Part shown: positions 60,701-64,000 of the stretch, piece by piece
How positions within the stretch are numbered: the stretch's first letter is position 1
How the letters are laid out: every line of letters starts with the position of its first letter
Source of the DNA: Longimicrobiales bacterium
GTDB lineage: Bacteria; Gemmatimonadota; Gemmatimonadetes; Longimicrobiales; Gaopeijiaceae
NCBI GenBank assembly: GCA_965248195.1
Contig: CBDFIQ010000002.1
Span: forward strand, 2,848,001-2,912,000
Direction of reading: 5' to 3'
Length of the DNA stretch: 64,000 nt
Position numbers and translations under genes: made by a program
The notes under the pieces: model-generated
Database searches by the model: none
The model's input: only the letters and a program-made list of their open reading frames with translations
Told to the model about the DNA's origin: nothing

Positions 60701-61417
60701 GAAATCCGAGAGCTGGCTGCTGAGCAGTTGTCCCACGTCGCCTCCCGGCTGTCCGTCGAAAGCGTGGTGCGTTATCTGGAAGATCCCAACGAGCGGGTCC
60801 GTTCGGCAATCGTCCGGTGCCTGGGGAAGCAGTTGGCTGCCGAGTCCGTGGCGCCGCTGATGGAGCGAATGCTGGATCCCTCGGCATTGGTGCGCCAGGA
60901 GGTGGCAGCCGCCTTTGGCCGGGCGACCGAGCTCGAGGACGAGGAGCCGGTTCAAGTGCTCACGAAAATGGCCAAGGACGCCAGCGTGCTAGTCCGTGCG
61001 CAGGCACTGGCGTCCCTCATCCGCCTTGGCGTGACGGGGCAACGCAAGGTCTTCGAGGAGGCCTGTCAGGATCTGGATGAGGCGGACCTCGTGGCCTTGC
61101 GCGCCCGGTTGAACAAGGACGGGACCCTCTACCATGTGCTCGAGATCATGAAAACCGACCGCGGTGCACGGAAGCGCGCCGATGCCGTGTATTTTCTCGG
61201 CCAGGCGGACCTGGATCGATACGCTCCCGACATCGCTCTTGCGCTGCAGGATCCGGCCACCACGGTTCGCATGGCCGCGATCGAAGCGCTGGCCCAGCTC
61301 GAGGACCCGGGCATCCAGGAGGCGATCGAAGCGCTGAGCAGCGACCCCGTGGAGGCGGTGCGGAAAGCCGTCAAGCGCCGACGACTGCGTTCGTTGTCGC
61401 CGCGCAAAGAGGCGTGA
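57755..61417 (+). CDS. Membrane-anchored HEAT/PBS-lyase repeat protein
   Basis: N-terminal TM helix; many L-x-D-x-x-x-x-VR-x-x-AA-x-ALG units. Confidence 0.88.
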   Translation: MLLWVVYSLVGTIGLMVLAVFLRETWRAWERRRFERLRTVCTRRLRVLKYLEAEDLAARLRAAFPLPVIEKCLEEFSEQSTTSMREKLVQVNEDLGLVQARIEALTDAGSWPERAAAAERLGRIGHSAAVLPLIATLQDQSEDKQVKSVASLALRNIRDPRAIPPLVEALGWDDAAMGQAVADTLEGFMPQAVPALLDVLQSSKTDGQRYWAVRILGASTDSENTGPLIAALQDRSEKVRAEAARSLGRLKARPAIHSLTETLLRDPLAPVREEAAHALGEIGDEQALEALKQALGELPYEVRASALTAMEKMGDEAVPLFLQALDEDDERTRTQAATALERNGYVGTLIERLAVESGTTTAPSFLVLLKVARTGVVESLIQALSLPDLRVRVRICQILGEVRSRSALDALSEVAVDDSEWAVRARALEALIRIGDEQTQALWLRQLRDEEENVRECILESMSELPPTVLEPMLPDLLPKLDDPNLKIRKLMVGVVGSIRSERVEHALVKSLKDSAADVRAQAASALGRFSQKDTVQALEQCLEDPESLVRGNAVRALGEIKDSASIPALARAFENADDSYRDDIAQALAAMKRNDLLALTDLLMGLRSGEARAGVAWALGLKGDPRALGLLQAFLMDEEPLVRSSAARALGELASPETGAVLLPFLEDPDARVRAATVASLGRCRNPELANPLVPLLDDPDVAVGRQAALAIGQLGHPTGITHVQRFHARVSDPISQAAAAIGLTLLGDQTGLETILEGLQDSRLAPPLRDLIRACTKETQQQFFAVLTLDSRLFWLEDPEEFRSEAVEHYVGLLQSDRQPSARIRAMQALALFAERRCAPILEASLKRDPNPTVRAQALASLGGFLQVAELLDRLVLAIGDPADEVRLQAAHTLNGLNPDDVKPHREQLVELLETENYELQEAVCKLLASCYKRDWRTLADRLMGAEKTNSVRGLIRTLSLIGDPRIGVLFLPILDHREAEIRELAAEQLSHVASRLSVESVVRYLEDPNERVRSAIVRCLGKQLAAESVAPLMERMLDPSALVRQEVAAAFGRATELEDEEPVQVLTKMAKDASVLVRAQALASLIRLGVTGQRKVFEEACQDLDEADLVALRARLNKDGTLYHVLEIMKTDRGARKRADAVYFLGQADLDRYAPDIALALQDPATTVRMAAIEALAQLEDPGIQEAIEALSSDPVEAVRKAVKRRRLRSLSPRKEA

Positions 61418-61421
61418 TCCA

Positions 61422-62906
61422 ATGGCCACGGCGGTACGGGTCCTCCAAATCATCATCATCGGCTATTTCGTCCTGTACAACACCATCAATCTCTTCCTCC
61501 TGCTCGTCGCCTGGATCCAGGTGCGCTTCTTTCTCCGCGTCAAAGCCATCGGCAGCCTGGAGAGCCTCTACAACTCGAGCTCGACGCCGGCCGTCACGAT
61601 CGTCGTGCCCGCCTACAACGAGCAGGAAACCATCGTCGAGAGCATCCGGGCACTGACGAACCTGTACTACCCCCGCTACGAAATCGTCATCGTCAACGAC
61701 GGGTCGAGCGACGACACGGTCAAGGAGCTCAAGGCCGCCTTCGGTTTCAGCCGTCGGAAACTGGGCTACGAATCGGTGGTCCCCACCTGCGCCATTCGGG
61801 ATTCCTACGAAGCGGTGTCGACGGGAGATGTGACGCGCCTCATCCTCCTGGACAAGGTGAACGGCGGCAAAGCGGATGCCTTGAACGCCGGCCTCAACGC
61901 GGCGCTCGCCCCCTTCGTGTGCTGCATCGATGCCGACTCGATCCTCGGACGCAACTCCCTCCTCGAGGTCATGCAACCCATGGTCGAGGATCCGGAGGGT
62001 ATCGCTGCGTGCGGCGGCCAGGTCGGCGTCGCCAACGGCTGCACCATCGAGAACGGCCGGGTCGTCGACGTGCACCTGCCGCGTAATTGGCTCGCCAAGT
62101 TTCAAGTCGTGGAGTACATGCGCTCGTTCACAGCGGGGCGAACCGCGCTGGTCACCTTGAACTCGCTTCTGATCCTTTCCGGGGTGTCGGCCGTATTCCG
62201 CAAGAGCCTCCTGTTCGAAGTCGGCGGCTTCTTGAGTGGTCGACTCACCTCGCGGATCGTGAAGGAATATTGTGGGGGCGGTAAAGAGACCGTCTGCGAG
62301 GACATGGAAATCATCGTGCGGCTGCAGCGGTACATGCTGGAAAAAAAGATTCCCGCGAGAATCCACTTTCTCCCCTATCCGATGACGCTGTCTCAGGTTC
62401 CGGAACGCATCCGTGACTTCGGACGCCAGCGTGACCGTTGGTTCCGCGGTCTCGGGCAGGTCCTGTTCTACCACCGCAAGATGTTGTTCAACCCGCGGTA
62501 CCGGCAGGTGGGCCTCTTTGCCATGCCGTATCAGCTCCTGTTCGAGTTTCTGGGGCCGCTCGTGGAGATCTTGGGCTATGTTTTGCTTCCCCTGCTCTAC
62601 ATGGCCGGGCTCGTGAGCACCGAATACCTCCTTCTGTTCTTCGCGGTCTCGATTCTGTACGGCACCCTGCTCTCGATCGCCGCCGTGTTGATGGGTGTCT
62701 GGACAGAGGGTCAGCTGGCGGACGGGCGCGACTCCGTTTCCCTGTTTCGTTATGAAGGCCTCGGAAGCGCCATCACGTTGGTGAGTTATGCGACTTTGTC
62801 GATGCTCGGGTATCGACAGATGCAGCTCTACTACCTCAGCAAGGGGTTTGTGGGATTCCTGAGGGGCCGTCAAACCTGGGGTAAATTCCAGCGTGGGAGA
62901 TTCTAG
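61422..62906 (+). CDS. Processive GT2 glycosyltransferase (PgaC/IcaA/cellulose synthase-like)
   Basis: [33 protein letters not shown] helices. Confidence 0.9.
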   Translation: MATAVRVLQIIIIGYFVLYNTINLFLLLVAWIQVRFFLRVKAIGSLESLYNSSSTPAVTIVVPAYNEQETIVESIRALTNLYYPRYEIVIVNDGSSDDTVKELKAAFGFSRRKLGYESVVPTCAIRDSYEAVSTGDVTRLILLDKVNGGKADALNAGLNAALAPFVCCIDADSILGRNSLLEVMQPMVEDPEGIAACGGQVGVANGCTIENGRVVDVHLPRNWLAKFQVVEYMRSFTAGRTALVTLNSLLILSGVSAVFRKSLLFEVGGFLSGRLTSRIVKEYCGGGKETVCEDMEIIVRLQRYMLEKKIPARIHFLPYPMTLSQVPERIRDFGRQRDRWFRGLGQVLFYHRKMLFNPRYRQVGLFAMPYQLLFEFLGPLVEILGYVLLPLLYMAGLVSTEYLLLFFAVSILYGTLLSIAAVLMGVWTEGQLADGRDSVSLFRYEGLGSAITLVSYATLSMLGYRQMQLYYLSKGFVGFLRGRQTWGKFQRGRF

Positions 62907-62910
62907 GGCA

Positions 62911-64000
62911 GTGGTATCACCTCACACCTCCCGACGGAACGCTCTGGGCTGGGCAACAGGCGTTGTATGGCTCCTGACTGGGTCGCTCTCGGCGCAATCG
63001 GTCACCGACGTCTTTCCGTCCCAAGAGATCGTGCTGGCGGACTGGGGCATGTCGGATGTCTCGGAGGTTGGATACCTGCACTTCGGTGTGCTCCATAGGC
63101 GCCAAGGAGATGCGCTGGCTGTTTATGACGTTCGGCACCGCACGCCGGTGGTCCAATGGCCAAGCGAGCCGCAACGCCGCACGCCGCCGATCGACGGCGA
63201 CGTGTTTCTGCTGGGCCATTTCGACCGGGGCAACACCAACCGCCTCGGGGGCTACTTCAATGGCTTCGCCCGTAGGCCGTCCATGTCGGCTGTATCCATC
63301 GCCCGCACGCCGGGTGACGGCCCCGCCCTGGCCTATTCATACGACAGAGCGGCCGGGCGCTTTGCCGGGTTCTGGATCCACCTCTTCGACTTCAAGCTAC
63401 GTCCCACGGAACGGGTATTATTCGACGCCAGTCCGTTTACCTACCTCACCTTCGCGATTCGCGGCGAGCAGGGTGGAGAGGACCTGGCGCTGCATATTGC
63501 CGATCGTGCGTGGGAGCAGCGAGAAGGATCGCTTCCGATCGGGGACCTCGCATCGTTCCTCCCCGGTGGGCGTGTGGAGGCCACGTGGCAGCGCGCGTGG
63601 GTTCCCCGAGATAAGTGGCCTGCCGCATTGAACACGCGAGAATTGGCCAGCCTCGTCTTCCTGACGAACGGGGAAGGACGTGGGCGGGTATTCCTGAAGG
63701 ACATCGCGTTCACGACGCAACGTGACGCCGAAATACCCACGGCCGGAAGGGCCGAGGAACCGGGCCGATCGTTGAAACAGGCGATGTGGCTCTGGGAGAC
63801 TCCAGCGGTCACGAGCGATCCGGATGCGCGTCGACGCCTGGTGCGGTTTTGTCGCACCGAGGGCATCACCGATCTGTTCCTGCAACTGCCGTATGAGGCG
63901 GAGCGCGTCGACGAACGGTGGACGATCTCGTGGGATCGAGAACGCCTGCGCCCGCTCATCGCCGACCTCCACGCAGCCGGGGTGACCGTGCATGCCTTGG
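62911..64000 (+). CDS. Exported carbohydrate-binding / glycoside hydrolase-like protein, truncated by window end (absent from the ORF track)
   Basis: Frame open from GTG 62911 to the end; signal peptide ending SLSAQ; YLTFAIRG..WQRAWVP CBM-like segment; AMWLWE..GITDLFLQ..LHAAGVTVHAL barrel-like segment. Confidence 0.7.
   Translation, partial: MVSPHTSRRNALGWATGVVWLLTGSLSAQSVTDVFPSQEIVLADWGMSDVSEVGYLHFGVLHRRQGDALAVYDVRHRTPVVQWPSEPQRRTPPIDGDVFLLGHFDRGNTNRLGGYFNGFARRPSMSAVSIARTPGDGPALAYSYDRAAGRFAGFWIHLFDFKLRPTERVLFDASPFTYLTFAIRGEQGGEDLALHIADRAWEQREGSLPIGDLASFLPGGRVEATWQRAWVPRDKWPAALNTRELASLVFLTNGEGRGRVFLKDIAFTTQRDAEIPTAGRAEEPGRSLKQAMWLWETPAVTSDPDARRRLVRFCRTEGITDLFLQLPYEAERVDERWTISWDRERLRPLIADLHAAGVTVHAL

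Noticed and set aside
26018..62873. Long antisense ORFs such as 26018-27226, 35237-36703, 38556-39911, 57689-58945 and 61371-62873
   Set aside because: Typical high-GC shadow frames opposite well-supported genes, with no recognisable motifs

Overview
GC-rich bacterial DNA. The PadR/duplicated-permease pair, choice-of-anchor-B protein and TonB receptor suggest a Gemmatimonadota-like or similar diderm (inference). Main blocks: (1) a RoxA/MauG-like dihaem cytochrome c and small genes; (2) a ~20.5 kb tightly coupled operon joining a Pfa-type iterative PKS/PUFA synthase (pfaD, pfaA, pfaBC) to oleABCD olefin synthesis and a PPTase; (3) PadR, a doubly frameshifted ABC permease and aroF; (4) an NHL/TPR, adenylate cyclase-Ig-PEGA and GGDEF-PilZ signalling cluster; (5) a sulfite reductase/siroheme operon preceded by two unannotated Cys-rich leader peptides, each with terminator/antiterminator structure, which look like tandem cysteine-sensing attenuators. 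An IS1595-family element with TIRs and an 8-bp TSD, carrying a C5 methylase and a NotI-like endonuclease, is inserted between the two leaders; (6) a MATE transporter, a UGA-containing peroxiredoxin-like candidate selenoprotein, and a cobalamin riboswitch-btuB-btuG-like unit; (7) an HK-REC-HEAT-GT2 polysaccharide-type operon running off the end. No rRNA, tRNA or CRISPR array was seen. All calls come from motif recognition by eye, without database searches.
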